Below are positions 28,601 through 36,156 of a stretch of 46,807 nt of DNA, in pieces. Position 1 is the first letter of the stretch. Every line of letters begins with the position of its first letter. The notes beneath the pieces were generated by a model. The model saw nothing but the letters and a program-made list of their open reading frames with translations, was not told the origin of the DNA and searched no databases. The stretch covers positions 1-46,807 of the forward strand of contig JABCTC010000027.1 of NCBI GenBank assembly GCA_018238545.1. The letters run 5' to 3'. Source of the stretch: Candidatus Heimdallarchaeota archaeon (lineage in GTDB: Archaea; Asgardarchaeota; Heimdallarchaeia; Heimdallarchaeales; Heimdallarchaeaceae). A program made the position numbers and the translations under genes.

Positions 28601-30067
28601 AGAAATCGATAAGAATGTATTCAACTCTTGGATTTTCTTGTTCATGCTTTCTTTTTGACTTGACGATAAATTAACAAAGTCAGAGAGATTTTTCTGCAAA
28701 TCTTCATTTATGGATAATTTCAAAGTATCAAAATCATCCATAATTTCTCCAAAGAAGCTTTTAATCTGGTCACTTACATTCTCAATGGATTTTGATAGAG
28801 TGTCCTCAAATAGGTTTAAACCGTCATTTATCCCACCTTGAAGAAGTGTTAATAGATTGTCACTATTTTTCTCGAAATCATTCAAATAATCATTTAAGTT
28901 CCCAACAAGCTTATTTTTCATCTCAGCAGTTTTAGTTTCAGTTTGAGATATTAAGTTTCCAAGCTTTTCGACTGATAGAGTCTTTATTTGGCTCAAAAGA
29001 TCTTGGAATTGTGTTTCATTTTGCTGCAAAACATTAATTGCTGAATCCTTTGCTTTTTCAATAGCATTTTTGATTCTGTTAGAGGTTAAATCTTCTAACT
29101 TTTTTAACTCTTCATTTAATGAAGATAGAATATCTTTTACTTTTGTTTGATATTCGTCTAAATTAGTGTGGTAATCACTAACAATTTTGTTTATTGTTTC
29201 TATTGATTTTGTTGTTGATTCTTTGGTTATTAATTTAGAATCACTGATGAGTTTCTTGTTAACATCATTTGTATTATCAACAATTAGAGATTTTTTCTCA
29301 CCTGCTTTGGAGTTAAACTGTTCAAGAAGTGTGCTTATGTTAGTTTTTATTCCTTCAACTTTTTCTAATATTCCATCTAGTTGCCCTTTTGCACGAGCAT
29401 TATGTTCGGTTTCTAGATTGGTATACGTCTCTTGTATCTTTGTTTTAAAACTCTCATGGTGTTCCCCAACTCTATGGATTGTTGTATCAAAAGTTGATGA
29501 GAGATTCTCTTGGATTCTTTGTATAGCTTTTTTCAGGTTGTCACTGTGTGTAGTGGTAATTATTCCTGTGTCTGTTTTAATCTTTGAAATTGCTTCTTGT
29601 ACATCGTTCTTTCCTGTTGTTACTACTTCAGAAACAGAAGCAAGAAATTGCTTTGAAATATCACTTAGCTCTTGACTATGACTGTCAGTCGATTCTGTCA
29701 GATGATTATGAAATGTAGATAATTGACCTCGAAAGGTTTTCATAGTATTATTCCAATCATTCTTCACATCATCACTTAAAGCTTTAAGTTCATTTTCAAG
29801 CCTCATGGATACATCTTCAGTTAGCTTAATTTGTGGAGGCAAGGGGATAAAATATGAGGTTCCTTCATTATTTTTTGCTATTATTTCTTTTATATAGCCT
29901 TTAGTAACTAAACTACCCAAAGCTGCAGAAATAACATCAACAGTTTGTTTATAGTAGGATTGGATTTGTCCAATGGTTCTAGTTCCAAATTGAACGACTG
30001 TTGAATAAACCTGAATTTCATCTTGCGATAAACCTATTTTTTCTAATGTTGATTCCATTTTCATCAC
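25643..30067 (-). CDS. Giant TrmB-family protein: N-terminal TrmB wHTH, ~1250-aa hendecad helical rod, C-terminal TrmB effector (PLD-like fold) domain
   Basis: LEKIGLSQDEIQVY..GTRTIGQI..ALGSLVTKGYI..YFIPLPP matches the TrmB HTH pattern. EDIWLVHGKEQ..TKSSATIICP..LEIVT..TRDGIEEGFLG..NEDLVKEI matches the TrmB C-domain pattern. The middle is almost all helix-forming residues. Confidence 0.8.
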   Translation of the reverse strand: MMKMESTLEKIGLSQDEIQVYSTVVQFGTRTIGQIQSYYKQTVDVISAALGSLVTKGYIKEIIAKNNEGTSYFIPLPPQIKLTEDVSMRLENELKALSDDVKNDWNNTMKTFRGQLSTFHNHLTESTDSHSQELSDISKQFLASVSEVVTTGKNDVQEAISKIKTDTGIITTTHSDNLKKAIQRIQENLSSTFDTTIHRVGEHHESFKTKIQETYTNLETEHNARAKGQLDGILEKVEGIKTNISTLLEQFNSKAGEKKSLIVDNTNDVNKKLISDSKLITKESTTKSIETINKIVSDYHTNLDEYQTKVKDILSSLNEELKKLEDLTSNRIKNAIEKAKDSAINVLQQNETQFQDLLSQIKTLSVEKLGNLISQTETKTAEMKNKLVGNLNDYLNDFEKNSDNLLTLLQGGINDGLNLFEDTLSKSIENVSDQIKSFFGEIMDDFDTLKLSINEDLQKNLSDFVNLSSSQKESMNKKIQELNTFLSISIKESIQQSNTKLTDVAAEIHTETDIALTSVKKKEQGYLKKLEKDVLANQETMLNFLSNTVSSFELASSEYVTSISLTIDSYSKKMNASKKKFTSTHTEFKENYLTHLNELKTIALSDIKENIDTNTTTVNSFMDTKNEEIKTRIISFSEEFAKNGRDVRDEVPNLVQINYQSSLESVQELDDQFKASVAKLTEINEAFQDLDQKQLQKVFGKEAGPRMAHLIGTMIADINNLKYNTESKIAEVIKTFTSSMESLSTDIFNKMNSRIDALSQLSDSEVEDISQKIEKAKDEITNQLRESYDSMKERIDTTFTTYETSFTELQDTNTQALGSIVGNEHESINSLKSKVEEATSSLTNTINEITTPEKVQDLYQVQIDTLTKNSNSFVSNVVKLLDGEKEKINTSKTTILQTMSDSESEISKKLNTTFKELEKTNKLITDNATNSFQAIINKTGKYLDEVIKAGESVIGDEEGEVEKTKMQLHIEEGLQGLLSSKEEIFSTMRVNNDEVMQKLQETIKTNIDDHSTLVKSVATSMDGNMKMLQSEFEGAKKALDTDVSVTLDEASASYSQQTEVVGEQIRDSVNQEVQAFMESSEGLLADLSVSPKKASSLDNAINEAKAELNKLTESYPEWLDSDNAIFASNLTSAINDYHSQAQAILDELYEETKKDLEKVYANISSEYDKSIVSVEDAFEKEGNDFQLNVSHQINSLVSSSDSNSSALVTNIQSTKDSLLDTSSSVHETVDKDLKGVEQAVDDIFETFYGVIAEKMNKALENSKASTSTKDEYSLKLQTFKEEFISSSLKEIDKVDSNITGILKSIPSKIDIVLEATGESMKLLRSVLNLGKGVEPAPIEDIWLVHGKEQTFSTMMSTLRNTKSSATIICPNLSWIDAEFLDTFGRKLEIVTNTTVHTEADNAILDKLLGMGNVIVKDDPQLTAYMGTRDGIEEGFLGHTTASGEPVLIASFNEDLVKEITKIYYEFRSRPPIRK

Positions 30068-30070
30068 ACT

Positions 30071-31519
30071 TTAAAGTTCGTTTTTTATAGATTCTATACT
30101 TCTTTCTAATCTTTCAATTCTATTAATCAGATCTCTTTTTCTTTTTTCGGCATCTTCTGCGCTCTTAACATGTTCTTTAGCTTCTACGTCTAGATCTGTC
30201 ATTATAGATTGCTGAGTTTCAGCAATTTGACTTTTAATATTGGAAGATTGGGATGCTATATTTGCTCGATTTTCTTTTTCAACAACCTCAAGTTGAGTTG
30301 TGATTTGAGAACTTGTTTGACTGATTGAAGCCTTTAATCTCTCGACTTCTTCTTCCAATAATGCTATTTTTTGGAGAAATTCTGATTCAGTTTTTTCTTT
30401 AGTTTTATCAGATTCCTCTATGACTATTGTTTGAATCTCGGATAACTTTTGTTTAATATCATTCTTTTCAGTAGAAATAATAGTCTTGGTTTCTTCTTTC
30501 ATTTCATCAGATTGTTTGGAAAATGATACTAACTCGTCATCTGCGTTCTTGTTGAAATTTTCTTGAAAGTCTTTAAGTTCGTTTCCATGAGATTCTATTT
30601 GCTGTGTTACTAATTCCTCATAAAGATTGATTATGGATGCTTTGGATTCATTGAAGTTAGAAAGGGCAACTTCATTAACATTGAACATGCCTTGCTCATA
30701 TTCTGCTAGAACCTCTTGAATCTTTGCAATTTCATCAATAAGATATTTATCCATTGTTCCTGAAATTCCAGATAGCTCTGTCTGAATCCTCTTAACAGCG
30801 TTATCTACTAGTTGAGCTAGTTCACTTTTTATCCTATTGAAACTCTCAAAAATTGATTCCATGTTCTCTGTAAGTTTATCACCGTATTCAGAGCGAAGAT
30901 GCTCTATAGACTCTTTCATAATATTTTCAGTTATATTAATATTAGATTCTAGCTGTTTCTTCATTTCCTCAGCATTTTTCTCAAACGTTGTTATACTATT
31001 TTGCCTAATATCTGAAACATCTTCCTTAACAGTTGTAATTGCCTTTCTAAAGGAGTTTACTTGACTATTTGATAATCTGTTAATATCTTGTTCATGAGAA
31101 CTTAAAATTGATGAAATTTTCTCTTCAAAGCTAGCTGAATATTTATCATACTCAGTTTTCCCTTTTTCCAAAGTAGAAAGAACGGTATCTTGTAATGAAA
31201 CTAGCATTTTCTTGGTCTCATCTAATTTACCACATACTGTTCTTGATTGGGTTTCAGTCCATTCATTTAGAAAGGTTCGATCTTTTTCCGAGCCAGCTCT
31301 AACACTATTCTCGAGACTAATCTTATTATTATCAATTAAGGTTCGAATATTTTCATTCAAAGATATGAACTTGTTTTGTATCAATGTTGCCATTGTTTGA
31401 TAATATTTTTGCAATTCTAGCTGGTTTTCCAATGCTTCTTTGAAATTGGTTGCTTGACCTTCTAAATTTTCTATTTCTCTTCTAATTTTATCTAAATCTT
31501 TAGATACTTTTTCAGACAT
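30071..31519 (-). CDS. Proline-free all-helical coiled-coil protein (~482 aa)
   Basis: No Pro, E/K/S/Q/N-rich, 4-4-3 hydrophobic spacing in the core. GGTGA SD overlaps the upstream stop codon and points to ATG 31519. Confidence 0.8.
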   Translation of the reverse strand: MSEKVSKDLDKIRREIENLEGQATNFKEALENQLELQKYYQTMATLIQNKFISLNENIRTLIDNNKISLENSVRAGSEKDRTFLNEWTETQSRTVCGKLDETKKMLVSLQDTVLSTLEKGKTEYDKYSASFEEKISSILSSHEQDINRLSNSQVNSFRKAITTVKEDVSDIRQNSITTFEKNAEEMKKQLESNINITENIMKESIEHLRSEYGDKLTENMESIFESFNRIKSELAQLVDNAVKRIQTELSGISGTMDKYLIDEIAKIQEVLAEYEQGMFNVNEVALSNFNESKASIINLYEELVTQQIESHGNELKDFQENFNKNADDELVSFSKQSDEMKEETKTIISTEKNDIKQKLSEIQTIVIEESDKTKEKTESEFLQKIALLEEEVERLKASISQTSSQITTQLEVVEKENRANIASQSSNIKSQIAETQQSIMTDLDVEAKEHVKSAEDAEKRKRDLINRIERLERSIESIKNEL

Positions 31520-31528
31520 GTTTTTCAC

Positions 31529-33292
31529 CTAAAATTCTAATTCTTTTTCAATATTCTCCAAAGAAATTTCCTTTATTTCTTCCTTTTTTGGTTCTAATGT
31601 TGGTTCCACAATTAGTTCTTCTTTCTCAAACATCATTGTTTTGAAATAATTGCGATGGATACTTTCAGGATTGAATAAATCAGCTGCTTTCTTACGTATC
31701 CTTTCAAAACTCTCATTATCACCCATACTTCTATTGCAATCTAAGCTCCTCTTGAAATATCCTCTTACAGCATATTCATTCTTCTCAATTGGAAGACTCA
31801 TTGCCATTTTTTCAAATTGGTCAGAAGCTCTTGAATAAGACCTTTTTGCTTTCAATTCTTCTTCAACTGAGTCATAATAATTCGCAGACTTCACATAGAG
31901 TTTTGCAGCAAAATAGTAGTTTTTTTCTTCAAATTCTCTTGCAATTGATTCACAAACTCCACCAGCTTGCTCCAGCTCATTTATTTGCTCAAATTGATGA
32001 GCATTAATGATTGCAAAATCGTATGCTCTTTGATACATTTCCTTTTCAATACATATCTTAGTAATTTTATTCAACTTCGCTGCAATAGCAAAATCTGCTA
32101 ATCTATCCCTTATCTTAAGAGTAAGGTTTTCAATGATTTCTATAACATTATCAGATGGAGCAATGTGATTTTCAAGATCGCTTAAAATCGAATCTAATCG
32201 TACCATTAATGTTGGTAAAGGACCAAATAAGGTTAACCTAAATTTCATAGCAGTCAATAATGAATCCTGAACTAATCTAGCGTGTTGTGATCCTAACCAT
32301 AAAATTCCTTTTTCTTCTAAACTCTTAAGTGTGCCCAGTGACACATAAGCAGTTAGCTGCTCGATGAGAAAAACATTTTCATTATAAGAGGCCATTTCTA
32401 TAAAAGCTGCTTCTTCATCATCTGTTAACTCAAAATAAGCTCGTATATTCCTCTCAACGAAATCTTCAATTTGTAAATCAGAAGATATGAAAGCTACACC
32501 TAAATTCAAATCGAAAAAAGATCGGTGGCTATTAGTAATTAATTCTAATATACCCTTATTTATCAACATTGGATCCTTTCGTCTAAGATATATTTCTGCT
32601 TCTGAAGCAGTTAAAGGCTCTATTTTTACAATGTTTGCACCATTAGTCAAGTTCTTCTCGTAATCAAAATCATAGAGATATTTTTCATTGAATGTAGCAA
32701 CAATGATGATATTGTATTTTCGTTCATTAACACCCTTTACAATTCTCGAGAATATCGGATAGAACTCCTGTAAATCCAATGTCTTAAACAGTTGTAGATT
32801 ATCAAAGAAGAAGTAAAGAAACGTGTTTGTTTCCTGTAATTTTACATTTACTTTGTCAAGACTATCGAAGAATAAGTCAACATAGTGATCTGTGTAGGAT
32901 TTTTCGGAAGGAATTTTCAGTGTTTGATTTAATTGAGGGAGATCATCACCTAGTTTCTTTTTCCCTACTTTTTCCAATAATGAACGCCAATCAGGTGATA
33001 ATTCATCTATCTTATTCTTCCATATTTTGAAAAAACTTAGGAGTTCATCCTCTTCAGGAATCAGATTTACAACATGAACTAGGTCACTTCTTCCAGAAAT
33101 TGATGTGGATAGTTTAGATAATAATGAACTTTTACCTGTTCCTTCATCTCCTATAATCAAAAATGAATGAATATTATCTTTCTTTTGTTTGATTTTACCA
33201 ATCTGCTCTGTGAAATTTTTAATTATTTCTCTTGAACCATAAAAGTCATCAGGCTGGCAAGGTTGTAAAAATTCGCTTTTTTCACTTGTCAT
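31529..33292 (-). CDS. STAND-like (archaeal ATPase/AAA_16-type) P-loop NTPase with wHTH and C-terminal TPR/SNAP-like repeats
   Basis: FYGSREII, Walker A GDEGTGKSS, Walker B LYFFFDNLQ, KIEPLTASEA, wHTH LKSLEEKGIL, TPR-like AAKLYVKSANYY..KAKRSYSRAS. Confidence 0.8.
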   Translation of the reverse strand: MTSEKSEFLQPCQPDDFYGSREIIKNFTEQIGKIKQKKDNIHSFLIIGDEGTGKSSLLSKLSTSISGRSDLVHVVNLIPEEDELLSFFKIWKNKIDELSPDWRSLLEKVGKKKLGDDLPQLNQTLKIPSEKSYTDHYVDLFFDSLDKVNVKLQETNTFLYFFFDNLQLFKTLDLQEFYPIFSRIVKGVNERKYNIIIVATFNEKYLYDFDYEKNLTNGANIVKIEPLTASEAEIYLRRKDPMLINKGILELITNSHRSFFDLNLGVAFISSDLQIEDFVERNIRAYFELTDDEEAAFIEMASYNENVFLIEQLTAYVSLGTLKSLEEKGILWLGSQHARLVQDSLLTAMKFRLTLFGPLPTLMVRLDSILSDLENHIAPSDNVIEIIENLTLKIRDRLADFAIAAKLNKITKICIEKEMYQRAYDFAIINAHQFEQINELEQAGGVCESIAREFEEKNYYFAAKLYVKSANYYDSVEEELKAKRSYSRASDQFEKMAMSLPIEKNEYAVRGYFKRSLDCNRSMGDNESFERIRKKAADLFNPESIHRNYFKTMMFEKEELIVEPTLEPKKEEIKEISLENIEKELEF

Positions 33293-33324
33293 TATTATCC
33301 TACCACTTCACTCAATTTCATTAA

Positions 33325-33367
33325 TGTAATTTTTCACTTATAAAATCTGTGTAAGTGTAAAAATACA
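33325..33367. promoter_or_regulatory. Imperfect 16-bp inverted repeat overlapping the TATA box of the NTPase/coiled-coil operon
   Basis: TGTAATTTTTCACTTA-N11-TAAGTGTAAAAATACA. Minus-strand TTTATAA at ~33338-33344. Confidence 0.5.
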
Positions 33368-33489
33368 GTTATCATATATTTTGCTTTAGTTAGGTGACAA
33401 CTCTACTGTTTATCAAATTTAGAAACATATAAAAAGATCTAGCGGGTTCATGTATATAATCAATAACAGAGGTGTAAAGATGACAATAG

Positions 33490-33924
33490 GTGAACGTTTT
33501 GTTAAAGCCAGCAATAATTTCCGAATTACAGCTGGAAAGAATCGAAAATACAGAAGAAGGGATCATCTTTGCGCAGAAGAAGATATTAGAGCTTGAAAAT
33601 GACTTGCTCTTAATGGATGAGCTTTTGAACAAAAGTTTGTTTCTTTTTATTGACATAATGAAAGACAAACAACAATTAATCTTTGCTGAAGCCATAAAAC
33701 AGTTAGACAAGAGATCTTTTTCCTTGAATAAATTAGCTGAGATTTTATCGCATAAATTAGATTTCACATTTTCAATGATTAAGTGGAACCTGACAAAATT
33801 CAGAGATTACGGATTGTTTGAATCTAATGGTCAAAGAGGAAATACAAAATCGACCTTGCTTCTAACAGAACTTGGTAGAATGCTTTATTCCACTTTTGCG
33901 AAAATGAAAACAAGAAAACTGTAA
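33490..33924 (+). CDS. Small protein with N-terminal coiled coil and C-terminal winged HTH
   Basis: SLNKLAEILSHKL..SMIKWNLTKFRDYGLFE..G..LLLTELGRML wHTH pattern. Divergent from the NTPase operon. Confidence 0.7.
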   Translation: MNVLLKPAIISELQLERIENTEEGIIFAQKKILELENDLLLMDELLNKSLFLFIDIMKDKQQLIFAEAIKQLDKRSFSLNKLAEILSHKLDFTFSMIKWNLTKFRDYGLFESNGQRGNTKSTLLLTELGRMLYSTFAKMKTRKL

Positions 33925-33980
33925 CAACCAAAACAATATATGAAAAATAGAAATCAACTAATTGGAGACTGAGTATATTG

Positions 33981-34904
33981 ATGAAAGATCAAATCTTACT
34001 ATATAAAAAATCAGGTCAAATACTTGCTCAATCATTAGAGTATGCTTTATCAATTACCAAACCAGGTGTAAAACTGATTGATATTGCAGATAAAGTCGAA
34101 AATCTAATCCGTAAGAATTCAGCACAACCAGCTTTTCCTGTTAATATTTCTATTAATGAAATTGCTGCCCATTATTCACCTGTAATTTTCGATGATTTGG
34201 TCATTCCAGAAAAGTCTATAGTAAAAATTGATGCTGGAGTACAAGTCAATGGATACATTACAGATGCTGCAAGGACCATTGTTTTTGACGAGAAATGGGA
34301 GCAAATGAGTCAACTGGCTAGAAAAGCCTTAGATAAGGCTCTAGCAATAATTAGGCCAGGAACTACAGTTTATGAAGTGGGTGAGATTGTTGAAAAAACA
34401 ATTATCAAAGAAGGATTCAAACCAATAGTCAATCTTAGTGGGCATTCATTAGCTAAATATTCTTTGCACGCTGGACTATCAATCCCAAATTATAAAATCC
34501 CAAGAAGATTGAGAGATAAAACACAGACTTTCAAAGCAGGGAAAGCATACGCAGTTGAACCTTTTGTTACAACAGGAAAAGGAAAGGTTAAGGATCATAG
34601 TGATATGACTATATTTAGACAATTTCGGGAAGCAAACATAGAAACATTTTCTAAAAAGACTAGGGAAGGATACCAATACATTAACAACAATTTTCATAAA
34701 CTTCCTTTTTCACCCAGATGGCTTTTCAATGAAGGTTTCTCAGTTGAGGAAGTAGAAGAGATTATAGACGAACTCATTAATCGAAATATTGTACATGGAT
34801 ATCCTGTCCTTATTGAAAATACAGGAGCGCCTGTTACACAAGCCGAAGAAACTATATTAGTTGGTAACAATGAAACACATATTTTAACAAAAACAAAAAA
34901 CTAG
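33981..34904 (+). CDS. map: Methionine aminopeptidase type II
   Basis: PAFPVNISINEIAAHYSP, KIDAGVQVNGYITDAART, NLSGH, AVEPF, archaeal/eukaryotic insert LPFSPRWL, AEETI. Confidence 0.95.
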   Translation: MKDQILLYKKSGQILAQSLEYALSITKPGVKLIDIADKVENLIRKNSAQPAFPVNISINEIAAHYSPVIFDDLVIPEKSIVKIDAGVQVNGYITDAARTIVFDEKWEQMSQLARKALDKALAIIRPGTTVYEVGEIVEKTIIKEGFKPIVNLSGHSLAKYSLHAGLSIPNYKIPRRLRDKTQTFKAGKAYAVEPFVTTGKGKVKDHSDMTIFRQFREANIETFSKKTREGYQYINNNFHKLPFSPRWLFNEGFSVEEVEEIIDELINRNIVHGYPVLIENTGAPVTQAEETILVGNNETHILTKTKN

Positions 34905-34952
34905 TGAGAGAATAACCATTTCATGGATTGTTACATCTCTCAAAAGATAAGC

Positions 34953-36137
34953 CTAGATTATTAGAGGCTCTAGTTCTCTCGGATATGGAGTAATTAAATC
35001 TGAACCATCTTCTGTTATGATAATTGTATCTGAATGACGAAATCCTCCAAACTTATACTCATAAATTCCAGGTTCACATGTAAAAACCATACCAGGTTGA
35101 ATTATCTCATCAACACCAATATCGAGGAATGGAGCTTCATGTCCTTCCATCCCAATTGCGTGTCCAGTGTGATGTTGAGTTAAATGTTTCATACCTGCTT
35201 CTTTGAACACATTTACAGATGCTTTGTCCACTTCACTGCAAGGGATTCCAGGTTTAAATGCTTCTAAAGCTGCATCTTGGGCTTTTTTCATGACATCAAA
35301 ATATCTTCTCTGTTTTTCAGAAGGAGCCCCAATAAACATAGTTCTCTCCAGCTCTGAAAGATATCCAGAAACATTAGCTGCTGCCCCTGTAACTAAGACA
35401 TCACCTTTTTTGAAAATTGCTTTTTCAATTACAGAATGTGGTATTGCAGACCATTCTCCTATCTGACCTCTGTATCCTGCATGAGCAGGGAGTAATCCTC
35501 GGGGGATGAAACCTTTCAAATCGTCCATCATCTGCTTTGATGCTTCAACACAAGCTTGAAGTGATACTTCTATCTCATTTTTACCCTCTTCAGTATATTT
35601 TTGTAGAAGTTGATGAGCTAAATCACCATATTTTGCAGAAACCCTTATCAGTCTAAGTTCTTCTTCATCCTTGATTTTTCTCATTTCTGGTATTAATGAG
35701 GAATGGATGTTATACGAAGTTTCTTTTGCTATCAAATCAGACAACAGAGGACCACTATACCCCCAATAAGCAGAGAATGTTGTTGATTCCATTCCAACTT
35801 TGTTGTCTAAAATCTTATGCTCTTTTAGGCTTTCAATAAACAGCTTTGCTGGGTGGGTCATATCAGGATATTCAAAATATAGTTCTCTTCCTACCCAAGG
35901 AATTTTCTCTATTAGATGTTCTTGTTCTAATCTGGGAACGAAAAACCATGGTTCATCATCATGAGGTAGAACAAATGCAATAGGTCGTTCAGTTGGGATA
36001 AAGTGGTATCCTGTTAAGTAATAAATTGATAATGGACTAAAGAAAATCATAGAACCTAGATCGGTGCTTTCTTGAAACTCATGTATCTTTTCAATCCTTC
36101 TAAGATGATTCTTTTTTGTTATAGCATAATTATTCAT
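34953..36137 (-). CDS. M24 pita-bread-fold hydrolase (Xaa-Pro peptidase/creatinase-like)
   Basis: N-domain IYYLTGY..ERP, RKIKDEEE, PHS, GYLSELERT, HHTGHAIGMEGHE, EPGIY, GGFRHSDT. Confidence 0.85.
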   Translation of the reverse strand: MNNYAITKKNHLRRIEKIHEFQESTDLGSMIFFSPLSIYYLTGYHFIPTERPIAFVLPHDDEPWFFVPRLEQEHLIEKIPWVGRELYFEYPDMTHPAKLFIESLKEHKILDNKVGMESTTFSAYWGYSGPLLSDLIAKETSYNIHSSLIPEMRKIKDEEELRLIRVSAKYGDLAHQLLQKYTEEGKNEIEVSLQACVEASKQMMDDLKGFIPRGLLPAHAGYRGQIGEWSAIPHSVIEKAIFKKGDVLVTGAAANVSGYLSELERTMFIGAPSEKQRRYFDVMKKAQDAALEAFKPGIPCSEVDKASVNVFKEAGMKHLTQHHTGHAIGMEGHEAPFLDIGVDEIIQPGMVFTCEPGIYEYKFGGFRHSDTIIITEDGSDLITPYPRELEPLII

Positions 36138-36156
36138 GTGAATTCTTTCCTTTTTG

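Noticed and set aside
25643-30067. True SMC/Rad50 or phage tape-measure protein
   Set aside because: No Walker A/B, ABC signature or CxxC hook. No phage structural, integrase or terminase genes nearby. Both ends are TrmB domains.
25893-31400. Several + strand ORFs (144, 128, 162 aa and shorter) inside the coiled-coil genes
   Set aside because: Ser/Phe/Leu-rich mirror translations of E/K-rich codons on the coding strand.
33480-33596. 38-aa ORF (MTIGERFVKASNN...) with GAGGTG upstream, overlapping the wHTH gene start in another frame
   Set aside because: No recognisable features and the overlapping 144-aa frame has a clear wHTH. A start-site or frameshift ambiguity cannot be fully excluded.
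33390-33767. 125-aa minus-strand ORF
   Set aside because: Antisense shadow of the wHTH gene.
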